Origin: Octopus bimaculoides
Taxonomy: Eukaryota
DNA: 64,000 nucleotides
Direction: 5' to 3'
Assembly: GCF_001194135.2 (NCBI RefSeq)
Contig: NC_068981.1
Location: 93,218,519-93,282,518 of the forward strand
Shown: in pieces, positions 41,866 through 56,262 of the stretch
Layout: each line of letters begins with the position of its first letter
Numbering within the stretch: the stretch's first letter is position 1
The notes under the pieces: generated by a model
Told to the model about the DNA's origin: nothing
Database searches by the model: none
What the model saw: only the letters and a program-made list of their open reading frames with translations
Made by a program: the position numbers and the translations under genes

Positions 41866-42062
41866 NNNNNNNNNNNNNNNNNNNNNNNNNNNNNNNNNNN
41901 NNNNNNNNNNNNNNNNNNNNNNNNNNNNNNNNNNNNNNNNNNNNNNNNNNNNNNNNNNNNNNNNNNNNNNNNNNNNNNNNNNNNNNNNNNNNNNNNNNNN
42001 NNNNNNNNNNNNNNNNNNNNNNNNNNNNNNNNNNNNNNNNNNNNNNNNNNNNNNNNNNNGTG

Positions 42063-42106
<44 letters not shown>

Positions 42107-43744
42107 CATATATATACACATATCTATACATCTTTATATTTACATATATGTATATATACATATATATATACGTGTATATATATATATATGTATATATATA
42201 TATACATATACACACATATATATCTGTATATATGTGTGTGTATGCGCGTATGTGCATGTCCGTGTGCGTGTAGGCGTGTTTAATAATACAGTGTAAGATC
42301 AATATTGTTAGAGTGTATCTGGCGTATGCAAAAAGAGAGAAGCGAGAGAGAGAAAGAGGGCCACTAAAACTAACACAATACCAAGCAGCAGAAGCATTAA
42401 ATAGATATGATGGGAAATAGAGTATACAACTCAGGTTAATCAAATTATTCCTATTGCATATTAACAATTCGGAAATTGAAATAAATTTTATGAAAGGATA
42501 GTTTGTCTCTACCTGGTTGAACTAGTTTTCATCCAGTTGTGGGAACACAATCTGACAAAAGATCTAAAATAATATGCTGTCTGTAAACTATTTGCTAGCA
42601 CTCATCACATCGGAACAGAGACGACCATGTGTAAACATCAAACAAATGCATCCTAATGCCAGACAAAATGAATATTTCTGCCTGTTTCATGCTAAAGTTT
42701 GCTCCATCACCGAATGAAAACCCGCAATGCGGTACTCAAACATAGGAACGTTTCTACGCATTAGAAATGCAAAATAAATTACTGTTAATAATTATGATCC
42801 TCTCCTAAAGGAAAAGGCCTTTGACGTACCTTTCTGTGAAGCAAAGTATATAAAAACTCTACCACCATTTTCCTATATAATTCTGGGTCTTTTTATTTAC
42901 ATTGTTCGTATATGCACTACCTTATTATCTAGCAAGCACTATTGAGGATTTTCAAATACAGTTCTGTCACTGTTCATAAAGGATTGTATCTTTCTCTTTG
43001 GCTACTAATTAATTTTAAAATTCTGCTATATCATTGGATTTACAACTAATCTCCAAGGAATTCTAATAACACAGATAATTAATTTGTACCATAGAGTATT
43101 CCATTAGATTTATTGATTCTATCGAAGATACTTGCATGGATACACACATACATGCATACATTCATATATATATCATACATACATACATACATACATTCAT
43201 GCATAAATACATACTTAAACATAGACTGTAGTTGGGTCCTATAATATATGTGTACTTACAAATAACAGACAAGTGGGAGGCAATTAGAGATTGGTATTGA
43301 ATAAAGCAGCAGATCTAGGAATTTATTAAAAATACTTCGCGGTCAGCAAATAAGTTAGAGAAGACTGTTTTTCCATTTTCTAAATGGAAATCTAACAATT
43401 CCAGTGAAAAAGAATTATTGTTAGTGAATCATTTTAGTGTCGCCCTCACAAAACAAGTTTCGGCTCTCTGTGACTGCCACGGGACAGCAGGTATGAATAA
43501 TATAATTACTCCAGACCGATATAATGCAAAATGTATAAGTTTTCAGCATACAATTTTCGCTGAGTGCTTTCTTATTCTGAGAATGCGATATTTCATCTTG
43601 AAAAGTCGTGATTGGTCTAGAGTATGAAGACAAATTCTCTGTTGATGTCCTTATCATCTAATGGCTTCAAACACCCTGTTCTCAATATAGTAGTTCATTC
43701 TAGTGGATTCTGTTATTCATTTATACACATTCTCTTCGCAATTA

Positions 43745-44222
43745 TGCGGCCCTGTGTTTCATCAAGCGTGCGCTGAATTTTGGATAAATGTCCTTTTTTG
43801 TAACCTCGGGTTGACCCAAATCGACAAAGTGAAAATGGGTAGGTGGAAATTTTATACAAGAGAATGGCAAGGAGAGTACTAGTATTTCGAAGGGTACAGT
43901 GTTCTCACGCACTAAGCCAAGGGGATTTTGTCAGAGGATCATCTTTAAGACACAAATGTCTCTGAATTACTCAAACACAGTTTATTGAGAATGAAGTGAT
44001 TCAGGTGAAGGAACGAATGAATGTGCATTGTAGAACGACTGATATCTTCCATATGTATATATGTATATATACACAGAGAAAGAGAGAGAGAGAGAGAATA
44101 AGTGGGGGATAGAATAAATACCGGGTTAAAAATAAATACAACTGTCGATTTATTCGACTAACCTCTTCAAGGAGGTGCCCCAACATGGTCGCACTCCAAT
44201 GACTGAAACAAGAAGATTCGAA
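43745..44222 (+). mobile_element. Degenerate octopus-type SINE family B with a central microsatellite
   Basis: Head-like segment ~43745-43865 (ggataaatgtcc...aacctcgggttgacccaaa...ggtaggtggaaat). Tail 44100-44222 (gatagaataaatacc...gtcgatttattcgact...ggaggtgccccaacatggtcgcac...aatgactgaaacaag). Confidence 0.55.
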
Positions 44223-44287
44223 GATATACATACATGCATACACATATACCTGCATACACACGCACGCACACACACACNNNNNNNNNN

Positions 44288-44322
<35 letters not shown>

Positions 44323-44504
44323 GTGTTTGAGTGTGTGCGTACATAGATGAGTGTACATGCAAGTAACTATTTGCAGCCAGATCAGTTGACTGTTGCTCAG
44401 TAGATTCCGATGATGCCCGACTGTGTATGTACCGAATAGATTCAACTGGAGATAAACTAATACAACCCCTCTTTGTCATAGTAGATAGATGAGAGCATAG
44501 CAGT

Positions 44505-44712
44505 GTTTGTACGCTGAAAGTGTGAACGAAAAAGTATGATTAACTCTGAGAGGTGAAAGATTCTTCTGGTTTTATGATCTGAGTTCTCATTTCCGAGGGG
44601 GACTTTGCCTTTGATCATTTCGGAGCCTATGAAATAAATATCTTTTGAGCACTGAGGTTGATATAATCGACGTGACACCTTCCACATTATTTCAGATCTT
44701 GTGCCTAAAATA
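44505..44712 (+). mobile_element. tRNA-derived SINE family A, degenerate
   Basis: ctgagttctc...gactttgcctttgatc...tgagcactgaggttgatataatcgac...cttgtgcctaaaa followed by (TTA)n. Confidence 0.65.
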
Positions 44713-44741
44713 TTATTATTACTATTATTATTATTATTATG

Positions 44742-45087
44742 TTTTGTTTTGTTTTTTTTGTTCTTTCTTCAAATTTTCCTCCATTTCTTGCCGATGTTGT
44801 TTTCACAGCGATAATGCTCTTCTCAGTACATGAGTCGTTCCAGTTAACACGATTTTTTGCACTTCCTGTAGGGATGGTAAGCCTGGTATCATTTACAAAT
44901 AGGTTTCAGTAACTTTTTTATCATTCCTAGAGATGCTACAATCACTGGTACGGTAGTCGCCTTACAGCAGATGCCACATTTATTCAATTTAGCAAGTCTT
45001 TATATTTACTGATCTTGTCAAATTCTTTCGCCGCTATATTATGATCATGTCAATTCTTCTTTGTCTGATCTTTTATAGTAATATCCG
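44742..45087 (-). mobile_element. R4/Dong-like LINE 3' end (RLE C-terminus), copy B
   Basis: KPDITIKDQTKK...HNIAAKEFDKISKYKDLL (cf. RPDI.IKD......I..KEFEK.SKYKDL). Bounded by (TAA)n on both sides. Confidence 0.75.
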
Positions 45088-45088
45088 G

Positions 45089-45136
<48 letters not shown>

Positions 45137-45160
45137 CATTATTATTATTATTATTATTAT

Positions 45161-45499
45161 CGAAACAAAGCTCAGATTTGGTCTTATTCCTGGTAGGATT
45201 TATGTGTATATCGGGTTGCTACTTGTACCCGTAAGTATCCACACGTTTTCGGCAGTCCTTCAAGTGCATAGAACCCTCCTGATAATCTTTGCTGTCTGTC
45301 AGAAGCAAACTTCCTGATGGAGCTCTACTGGGCATTCTATTTCAATCTATTTTAGCTATTTGTCTATATCCTGCCTTACTGTTCCCAATGGGCCAATTAT
45401 TATACGCACGATCTTTACTGTTCGCATGCTCCAAATTCTTCCTATTTCGGGAATGTTTGAACCAGTAGCTGACATTTTGTATCCAGTCTGGTTACTCAC
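45161..45499 (-). mobile_element. R4/Dong-like LINE 3' end, copy A (different subfamily)
   Basis: EIGRIWSMRTVKIVRIIIGPLGTV...IECPVELHQEVC..TAKIIRRVL. Bounded by (TAA)n on both sides. Confidence 0.75.
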
Positions 45500-45572
<73 letters not shown>

Positions 45573-45885
45573 GGAGACGCAATGGCCCACTGGTTAGGGC
45601 AGCGGACTCGCGGTCGGGGGGATCGCGGTTTCGATTCCCAGACCGGGCGTTGTGAATGTTTAAACACCTAAAGCTCCACGAGGATCCGGCAGGGGGTGGT
45701 GGTGACCCCTGTTGTACTCTTGCGCGCCAACTTTCTCTCACTGTTTCTTCCTGTTTCTTGAGTAATGCTGCGATGGACTGGCGTCCCGTCCAGCTGGGGG
45801 AAACACATACGCCATAGAAACCGGGAAACCGGGCCCATGGGCCTGGCTAGGCTTTAAAAAGATGCATAAATGAAAAATAAAAATT
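45573..45885 (+). mobile_element. tRNA-derived SINE with a Meta/V-like central domain
   Basis: A box tggcccactgg (45583-45593), B box ggtttcgattccc (45626-45638), gctgcgatggactggcgtcccgtccag...agaaaccggg (~45767-45835) and an A/T-rich tail. Confidence 0.75.
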
Positions 45886-47564
45886 ACTATTATTATTATC
45901 ATTGAACATTGCATTGTTGTATTTGATTATTATGTTTTGTTTTATTATTTAGGTAGGGAATGCGACATTGTTTTATGTGTCTCTACCAACATTGTCTACT
46001 ATCTCAACTACTTTTCATTATTTCAACATTATTATTATAGACTTGAACGGTCAATACATCATCTGTCTATCACAGCAACTACACCAACAGTTAATAACAG
46101 TAATATTTTAATTACGAAAGGTAGAATTGAATTTCACACCCTATCTCTATACATATAGTATTCCTTTCTGCTCCCTTCGCCTTGCCCATGTTTATTTCTT
46201 TCTGCATTCTATTAGAATGCCTGTTTGCAATGAACAATCACGCACTGCATTCCACCAGTCGTATGTTTTCTACCATTACATGGCGTCAGATAAAGTTGAG
46301 AGCACTGACCTAATGGATCTACCTAAATTAAATATTACACCAAATAGAACTAGAAATACTTTTGAACATTAGCTGTTTCTTTACCCAGCCTTATATACCA
46401 TTACAATATTATCTTGCATAGAAAAAGAAGAGTATTTACGCTGCCTTAAGTCCATCAGTATCTAAAACCTGATTTAAAAAAAAAAATTATTGTATTTTTT
46501 ATCTGCAATGAATCTGAACTTTAATTTTCTGCTTAAAGGCCTTTGTTAATGACTCGTTTAGAATCCAAAGTGTGATATGAAAACGGTAAACACTAAATGC
46601 TAACGAGATAAAAACCCACATTGAGTGTTTTTCGTAATTTGACTGTTGAGGCAATTTAACTTTCAAAGGAAAATATCATGTCTTCACTGATCAAAGAATT
46701 AATAAATTAACATTTGACATCAGAATCTTGATCTAATGATAATAGTTATTTTCCTTTTTTTAGCTACATCATTGATGGGGAATGAATTCTATTGAAGAAG
46801 TTAGTTTATTATTTGAACTGTCAACTACAGAGACGAAATAAATTGGCTCCATCAATAAATCTTTTTTTGCCACAAATGTAGTATCCATTGAAATTATAAA
46901 ATATCCATCTAAATTCCAGTATATGTATGCTCTAAATGTATGAATAGAACCTCAAAATATGTTAATTAATTTAATTGTGTAAAAAGTGCAATTTTAGATG
47001 TTTTAATTTAATGTGATATTTTACTGAATGCTTTTATATTTTTGTTTCATTTTATATCATTAGAATATTAAAGCTGTAGTTCTGCATACTATATCAAACA
47101 TCTATCATAGACAAACTTCTGTAATATGATATAACAGGGGTTAAGATAATAATTCAAAGTGTAAATTGATATTTTAAAAACCGAAGCCCAATAATGTAAT
47201 TTTAAATGAAAGAAAAATATAATCACATGATAATTTATTATCGCTCTTCAAATTAAACGACTATCTAACCCTGTATACAACGTTACAAACGCACCGTTGC
47301 GTGTTTAAATAAACCTTGGCAAATATTTCAATAGATCGATATTAAGAAGTCGAAGCTTCGAGAAAGTACATGACAGCGATTATGTATTTTTATTGCTAAA
47401 ATCATTTTAAAACTGAAGAAAAAATACAATGAACTTGTACAAATAGTATATATTTAAATCGATTCAGTTTCTAGAAAAGTGTATTTTCAGAATAATTATT
47501 GTAAGAAGTACACGAAGTGCTTCTTTTAAAAATTCATTCTTCGATATACTAGTTAATTCGTTCC

Positions 47565-47658
47565 GGGGAAAACTCTCGTAAAGCGAAAACTCGTTAGCAG
47601 GACAAAAACTCGGAAAAACTCGTAGACGCGGGTCCTCGTAAAGTGAGGTATTACTGTA
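47565..47658 (-). mobile_element. Single terminal fragment of a pogo/Tigger-like element
   Basis: Reverse complement reads TA|CAGTAATACCTCACTTTACGAGG, with subterminal ctcgt repeats. No partner end found. Confidence 0.5.
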
Positions 47659-48948
47659 TAATTATGTATATTCACATATTCTCCATTCTCTCACATTTGT
47701 TTGTTGAATCCCTTGACTCCCACAAGAGAACTAGCAATGAGATGATGCAAAAACTCCATTTCTCCAATTTGATGGCTATGATATACATGGGAACCAACAA
47801 TACTTAAATTAATGTAGTCTGCAATATCGATATTCTACAGTCTCCAGTTTGTTTCTGTGTGAATAACCGTTGATCAAACATTTTAGTCGTGACCAGTTTG
47901 TCTAAAAATTATACTATATTCCATAGTACATAATTTAATACATTCATCTGTCTTATAAATACGATTGAGTGTGATATAAGAGAGATTTGACAGCTATTTC
48001 TAGTCCGTCAAACAACCATGCAGATGTCCCCTCATAGGGTCTGCAAGTCAAATACGTGATTTACACACCCATTGTGTTGCCAAACTCCAAAGCAAGTTTC
48101 GTTGCGATTCATAACAAAAAGGAATTTTCTTGGACTCACGAAAAGAACTTCAGCCATAGCTCAGATTAATGGCTACAACTGAACAATGATTAATCTTTAA
48201 AAATATCGGAGGGCCGTTTCTTAAAATGAAAGTAAAAGGCATTATGAGGAATGGAGTTTTCCATAATGCATTTTAATAGTTCTCCAGACATAAAATGATT
48301 CTCTCTTACTTTCAAGTATTCAGGCAGTATTGAGGAGTTTGCAGGACATTTATAATGAAAGAGATAAAGACATAGTTTTACAGCAGAGACGATGTGAGAT
48401 GGTTAAATAGAGATACATGTCTGATTTCGAAATAAGGAAATTATTGCGGAAAGGGAGGAGATAGGCAATATAGAGGGAAATAAGATAATGAAAGTAGAAA
48501 ATATAAAACATTGTAGTAGCAGTTCCATTATTCGAGTAAAGTGGTGTATAGAAGTGGTAAAATGTTTCCTGTACATATTCATGAATACATTTATAGATGC
48601 GCGTGATCATGCACGTGTATGTGTATGTGTATGTATATATATTTCTGTGTATATGTATGTATGTATTAACATGTATATGTACGTATGTGCGCGGGTACGT
48701 ATATCATTATACCTTACTTCCTCCTCTCTGATTCCTACCTATCACTTACGTCTATTCTTCCCTCTACTTTGAATTTTACTACTAAAACTACAATTGACCT
48801 TGGTATCACCACACCCATACCTTTTCTCTACCCATCCCGTTATGCAGCACTATCGTATCACCCCTACTCACATATCTCAAACTTATTCACTCCTTATCTT
48901 CTCATCTGACCTGAAAACTCCTCATAGCCTTGGCTTCGTTATCTCTTT

Positions 48949-49000
<52 letters not shown>

Positions 49001-49003
<3 letters not shown>

Positions 49004-49127
49004 GGTGTCCACAAAGTCTAGGTACATGAGGATTAACACATACTTTAAGAAATTATTATTTCTTATATATAATTGTTTATGTTAAGATTTTATTTACTCC
49101 ATGTAGCCGGACTTTGTGGAGACCCTG
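49001..49127. mobile_element. Tc1/mariner-type MITE (127 bp)
   Basis: TA|cagggtgtccacaaagtc...gactttgtggagaccctg|TA. The 28-bp TIRs match at 24/28 positions. Inserted in (TA)n. Confidence 0.85.
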
Positions 49128-50059
49128 TATACATACAAATACACACGCTCATACACACGCACCCACACACACACACACGCACAGACACACAAACACATAC
49201 ACACACACACACACACACATATATATACATATGTGTACATCTGTGGATGTATGTATATGCATCACTCTCCCTGTATGCACGTGTATGCATGCATGCATGT
49301 GTACGTATGCATTATGTATGTATATATGTACGTATGTATGTATGTATGTATGTATGTATGCATGCAATTGTGTGTGCGTCTGTTATGTGGTGTATGTTTT
49401 GGAAGGCTTCATTGCAGTAACTATATACAATTTTATCTAGGAAATTTTGCATACTACTTTATACAGCAATTACTTGCAAAATGCCTTCAGTATCACAGGG
49501 CTATAATATATTCATATTCTATATAAATTTTTCCGTGGTACGATTTGCAACAATAATAGTCACAAAATAGACATTTCACCTGCTAGTTCTTTCGCTTTAT
49601 ATGAAATAATGTCGAATAAGGAAGAGCTTCATAGTTATTTAAATCTAAATCAAAAACACTCAGAACATTTAAAATTACTATGACCTTAAGTGAATAGAGT
49701 TTATATTCTTCATATGAGTATAAAGTATTGAGTGAGAATATTGATATTGTTAAGAAATGGGAATACAGGAGACACTTTTATTGCTTTAACATGTCTTTGA
49801 AATATTAGTACAGAAGTATTCTCATGCAATTAAGATTTACAAACAATAACAACTTGTGTACCAGATTATTAATACTTGAAAAGGAAATAAACATTAGGTG
49901 TCCATACACATATCTGTTTCAATGTATGTCTTGAACGTAAGCAATGGGATATTTTCGCTAAATATAAAAAGAATGATATTGTGTGGGAAATATTAACTCT
50001 ATTGGTAAACCATCTTCATAATCAACCGTAGAATATATCTTCATTTTTTGTCTTCTACC

Positions 50060-50147
50060 TTTACTTGTTAGCTTACTTGTTAGACTAGGGGCATGCCTGG
50101 GCATCGCCTTGAAGTTTTTAGACGAACAAATCGACCACAGTACTTAA

Positions 50148-50199
<52 letters not shown>

Positions 50200-50290
50200 G
50201 ACGTTCAGTACTTATTCTATCCATATTTATTTCCGAAGCGCTACTTTATGGAGATGTAAACCACACCGGTTGTGAAGCGGGGAAGATGTT
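50060..50290 (-). mobile_element. SINE family B, 3' half, interrupted by a (TAT)n expansion
   Basis: Reverse complement resembles the 44100-44222 tail and includes ccgcttcacaaccggtgtggtttacatctccataaagtagcgcttcgg. Confidence 0.7.
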
Positions 50291-50411
50291 GACAGAAACA
50301 AACGCAGACAAACATATGCATATATACACACTAACAAACACACACACAAACACACACACAAACACTCACATATACATGTTTGTGTGTCTGTCTGTCTGTG
50401 TGCCTGTTTGT

Positions 50412-50465
<54 letters not shown>

Positions 50466-51198
50466 ACGCGTGTTTTTCCTGGTATTTGCAAAATTTCTTA
50501 TGCAAATACCAGAAAAAGTGCTCGATAGAATTTTCTATGACTGTAACGTAAGTTAATTGTAGTAAGTGACTGGACACAGTCAATTAGATTCAGACCTAGT
50601 TCAGACATGGTTTATGCCAATCTTACATCTGTATACCTTCATACTGTCACATTCATTAGCATAAAGCAAAATAACACAAAAGGCATTTCTGCTTCAAATT
50701 CATTACTTTAAATGAGCTTTGGCATGACGTGGAAGGTTTTCAATTAAAGAAACACAGCGCAATATAGCAGAGACCAAACGGATACTATGCAAACCTAGGT
50801 AATATGATGTTGTATTCGATAGTTAGCAGATGAATTGATTTCAAGTACACATTGATCTGAGAAAAATGTGCCTAATATTTTCAAATCTTTCCGCATTTTT
50901 CTCCCAGAGATCTCATCGACGTATGTGGTTAGCCATGCTTATGTGTCTAGTCATGCCTTTGTTAAGTCCCGGATTTTTTCTACCCCACGATATATATCAT
51001 GGTTTGGTAGTGAGATGTTAGTAACTTACATCTCAACCAGATTCATACAATGAAAATGATACATAGGTCATATCTTAAGTTAATTCTGCTTCGAACTGTG
51101 TATACCGAATATATATGCATGTGTAAGTTTGTGGAAAAATTGAAAAGTGTATATACATATATACATGCATTGCGCACACAAACACGCGCACCTATCAT

Positions 51199-51200
<2 letters not shown>

Positions 51201-51282
<82 letters not shown>

Positions 51283-51618
51283 GCACAAAACATATATGCA
51301 TGTGTGTGCGCAAAATTGTCAGTTTCTATTCGTTTTCTTATCCTGAACTTTACATATCTTCTTTTCTTTCCTTCTGTCATGTGAAATGCACAAATATAAA
51401 TACGGGAAGTATCAATAATAGCATTATTTTTGCAATGTACCCTCATTATTCACCTTTGTGGCAAATAAAGAAACGAATATTATTATTGATGTTGTTATCA
51501 GTGTTGCAATCATTATTATTATTATCATTATTATTATTATTATTATTTTTATTTATTCTTGGTATCATTATTATTATTATTATTTATTTATTATTATCCC
51601 TATTATTATTATTATTAC

Positions 51619-51690
<72 letters not shown>

Positions 51691-51715
51691 CATCATTATT
51701 ATTATGCTAGTAATA
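51201..51715. repeat. (TA)n tract 51201-51280 and long (TTA)n tract ~51478-51715
   Basis: Direct observation. It explains the poly-L/I/Y ORFs. Confidence 0.95.
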
Positions 51716-51768
51716 GTAATTGTAGTAGTTGCATTAGCAGCATAATCCATACATTTTCCATATTAATA

Positions 51769-52410
51769 CGAAGGAAATTCTAAAGAATCCTTTTATTCCT
51801 AAGTAAGATGAAACTGAATTCCCTAAAGGCAAATATGGTTAAGAGAGTGCTTCATTTATATCAACGTCTGCAACATTCATTTAAATGAAACTACGCCCGT
51901 CATATAACAAATAATGCTATTTCTACATCGAAATAATACACTATTATGACATATAATTCTTTTCCAATGACGTGAGCGAAGAATGCATTTAGAAGCCTTT
52001 ATATTGTGAACCATGTCACATACAGCTTAGCACATTTCATGCCTGCAAGCGGGTAGTGGTGGAGAAAATGCTTGCTGCGTTAACACGCCGATTTGAGATC
52101 AATCTCTGAGTAATGCCGGGATTGGGTAATCTTTAAGACAGTTTGTAAAATAGTTGTAAATTTACAAAATATTTCTAATCCTAATCACGGGATTATCCAC
52201 TACCAGTCAAATTGTATCCTAAAGATACTAATTTGAGCCGTGTTCCCTCCATAGAAACAAGAGACTTTCGAACTCCAGTGAGAAGCAAGGAAGTTTCGGC
52301 ATAGCCCCATGTCTTTCTTTCTGTTTCGAAAATGAGACAAAATCTGTGAAATCAGTGAAGGTTTTAAAAATAAACCATCGAAAATCTCCCAGTGCATTTT
52401 CAACTTCGTT
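51769..52410 (-). mobile_element. Mariner remnant (3' end)
   Basis: TA|CGAAGG terminus at 51767-51774. Minus-strand PSLISQILSHFRNRKKDMG resembles SPDLAP.D.HLF...K with a small deletion. Confidence 0.45.
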
Positions 52411-52454
52411 TTTCTATATTTCTACTGGTATGGAATAAAACAACTTTCTTTCCT

Positions 52455-52488
<34 letters not shown>

Positions 52489-54388
52489 TATTTTTATTTT
52501 TAACTAAATTATAGATATTATGAAGTGTTGAAAAACTTTACACCTTTTCTACGAATTTCGCTTTATCAAGAGATATCACTTTGCTTTACCAATCCAGCCA
52601 TACAAGATAACTCTCTGTGCTAGTATCATAATGATAATAAAATTCATATTATTCATAGTTCTATGATAATAAAGCAATTTCGGCTATTTTTCAAAAGTTA
52701 GTTTTAATTACCATGATTGTTTATGCTTCATATAATTTGAGTTAAATAACAGAAACTGACTACCTCGTTCTCTCACTCCCTCCCTATCTCTCTCTCGTAA
52801 ACATGCATTGAGTGTTATCAATTAAATCAAAGATTATAAGCAGATGTGACATAAAAACTCGCCAGTTTCTTTCAAACAGTACTATATAATACACTAAATA
52901 TCATTTTGAATTAACATTCTGTTGCACTTAGCTTTTAAAAAAGTCAAAAACAATTCCAAACGATAGAAAAGTAGTTTATTTATTTTTTATGATACTATTA
53001 ATATGTTCATATTGATTACAGTCACGTCATTCATTACACCAAATGAATATAAAATTTATGAATTATTTTGATATTGTATTTTAATCCACTAGTTTTCGCA
53101 TGATCCAAAAATTATTAAAATATAATTAGAAATTTGACGAATAGATCATTGCAGCTATTTTACACATTCTGCCATATATTTATATCGGTGGAACTAACAC
53201 GTATCCACAAAGTTAATCTGTAGTGAGTGATCGATCCCTTTCCTCCCGATGGGTGTGAAGGGTGTAGGTGCCTCAGGTGGCTGTCTTCAAAAATGACCAA
53301 ATGAAATATCTTTCAAATTCCATTTGCTTTTATGTTACATTCGAAGTTAATATTCATTAGATAATATACACATAACTTCAACTCCCACTACAAATCTGTT
53401 GTGTCTGAAATGATATTTGTATATGTTTTCCATTGAAATGTTTAACATTTCTTTATTACTAAGAGAAATCTTCCCGAGAAAAGACCTAATATCCCGATGT
53501 ATAGGATCCGCGATTTTGTTTTGACTACTCTTTCAAGATAATCCAGTTTAATCTCCACCATGACAGTTCATTTCACGTATTTTAAATATCACCATATTTC
53601 AATTTCTATTCCTTGTTAATGTATAAATTATTGACTATATTACCAGGGTAAATGAAACTAGTATGTTTTGTTATAATGTTTGTGAGGATTTAAATGTGCG
53701 TGGTTATGTCTAGATAAGTCGAGGTCACGAACGGTTTTGATAACCGGCTGAAGATATTTCCCTGCTGCTAACTTGTAATGCGTTCTAGCTTCACAAAAGC
53801 ACATTTTTCTCCTCGAAATAATCTTTACTTTTTGTCTGGTCGAAATAAATCAATTGTATACAATACTGAATGTTTCAAATATTTCTATGGAGAGGCTGTC
53901 GATTTTGACTTACATTTTATGATAAACAAAAGACTACTGTTACTATTGCAGTTACTCATATTACAACCGAACTATTTTTATTACAAGTTCAGTCATTCAG
54001 TAAGTCAATAAATATATTCTATACCTTGAAAAATAACAATTCCAATTATTCCAGGTTAGTTTCGAAATACAATCTTATAAATGTTCAAGTAAAATAAATA
54101 ACATTCTCTATTTGTTTATCTAAAATGTACGATTACGTAGAATTCTGCCGCTAACATGTCTAACAAAAGTTTTGTTGTATGTACAAAATATGTAAACGTA
54201 AGAATCATGTTACATTGGTATTTCCTTCTTGTTTTTTATGATAAAAGCTAATCGTGAAAAATTATCACTATGAATACGTAGAAACTTTTGACTTTAAACC
54301 TTTCTACGTGCTATACAATAACATAGAATGCGATTTAAAAGATTTTTCTAAAAAATATTTATGTATATGCGTGTGTTTGTGTGCGCGC

Positions 54389-54438
<50 letters not shown>

Positions 54439-54453
54439 ATGTGCGTGTGTGTT

Positions 54454-54493
<40 letters not shown>

Positions 54494-55149
54494 ATTAACA
54501 AGGCAAGTTGTTGGTAACAAATTGAGTATTACAGTTTGAATCACAATGTTGCAGTATTTAAAGCAGCTACTCTTAAAAAATTGTGTGTAGTTGCATATAA
54601 TGAAACGAGTCATCGACTAAATTACCTTTTTTCTTTTGCAAACAATTAATTATTAATATTTACGTTTTGCACGGTTACAACATGCCATAAATAAACACTA
54701 AATTAACTGGGGTTTTTCTAATGTAATATCACGGATAGTGTGTGTTTACTGAACACTAAGTCCAATGTGCTTTTGTTGAACCTCGTCGGCACAGTCATTA
54801 GTTGGGACGGGGAAAATTCGATTATAAATTCGAAAGAGGATTCTTCTGATGAACCCCTCTGTGATTTAAACTCACACACCTATCTTTAAGGAATGAGTAG
54901 ACCAGTCAACGGGAGGAAAATTAAAGTTACCCATTGTTAAAACGTTATCAGATTGGTAACGTTGAATAAAAGATTTCACTTTTATGAGGTATTCTTTGAG
55001 ACACAACTATTACTAAATCATTAGCTTCGTTAGACACAGACACTCATTCACATTAACCATTTGCGAATGAGACATTTGTATATGCGGTAAATGGGTTGTG
55101 TAGGGAAATAGTAATTCATCCTTTTCTTCTATCGGTATTGTCTCCACGA

Positions 55150-56260
55150 ATAGTCGAATAATTTCACACCTTTACTTCTAATTCTAAGTGAAAGTTGCTA
55201 AGGTAAGACTCAGTAAGAAGGAAGGAAGCAATATATCGAGGATGGTTGGCAACCTAATCTTGAAAGAACGGAACCTTCCATATTTTTGAATTGAAGAATG
55301 TGATGATGCCTTGTACATTCAGCAAAAATGTTTGAGACTGGAAATAGATTTATTGGCAGTGAGGTGGGTAGTTTTTGTACTGGGGTAGTGACATGGTATG
55401 CTGTAGTCTAATAGCCTAGGTACATTTCTGACTCTCTTTTGCTCGGTTCCACATGGATAAAACAGAATTTACCTGGTTAGGCAGAATTTGGTGACTGAAG
55501 TTGTGGTTTGACAGTTTTGTCAGTTGTTTGATTGTTTGATTGTTTGATTGTTTGATTTGTTTTCCAGTTTCCCGAGCTGGAGGTAAAACTCGTATCGGGC
55601 TGACGATTTTGTTTTTGCTTTTGTCCTTGCTGAGTATTTTATTAGTAGCTGAGTTATAGAAAAAGTACATATCGGGGTTTCTGCTATAGGATATATTTTT
55701 ATGGAGATTTTAATGATGGCTTGGAAGTGTTATTTATGACGGTACGTCGGGTCCTGGGAGATGCGTGAACATACTGTCCTGCTGTAGACATAATCCCCAG
55801 TATTGAGAATAGCAGCAGAATTTAGGTTTACGAATTGATTGTGATTCTGGTGTTGGTGCTGCTGTAGCAGAAGGGCGACGGTTGGAGTTGCTTTTATTAA
55901 TTGAACGTCTTATCTCTGGTAGGTGAGTGAAATTGTAGTCAGGCGCGTAAAGAATGGAAGCATACTTTTGGATTTCGTTGCAGACGTGCTGGTATTTTAA
56001 GGGATATTGGGTTGTAAATAGTTTCAGGTTTATATTTTCTTGAATTTGATGATAACGGGAGAGTGGATGTTGAAGGAGAAAGAAAGTAAAGCTGAGGCTG
56101 GATACTGGCAGACGTAGTAGCAACAGAGGTAGTTGAATATGGTATCGTTGACTTTGAGGCAATAATGAAGGGTGAGATTGAAAAAAAAGAATGGCTGAGA
56201 GTGGTCAAAGACAGCAGTAGTAAGGAGTGGATGGGATGAAGTTGGTCACTGACAGAAGAC
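55150..56260 (-). mobile_element. CR1-like LINE 5' part: ORF1-like region and start of the APE endonuclease
   Basis: FLLNVQGI...KVPFFQD...FLLTESYL...ELEVKGVKLF (APE N-terminal motifs) lies downstream of the Ser/Pro/Thr-rich ORFs 55734-56162 and 55416-55670. Confidence 0.6.
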
Positions 56261-56262
56261 AT

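Noticed and set aside
43438-43490. 53-nt + strand exon candidate (ttttag| ... CAG|gtatga)
   Set aside because: Short pyrimidine tract, no homology, and phase incompatible with the 28873-29002 candidate.
54830-54860. gaaagagg...ctgatga as a hammerhead
   Set aside because: There is no room for stem I and no closing stem II.
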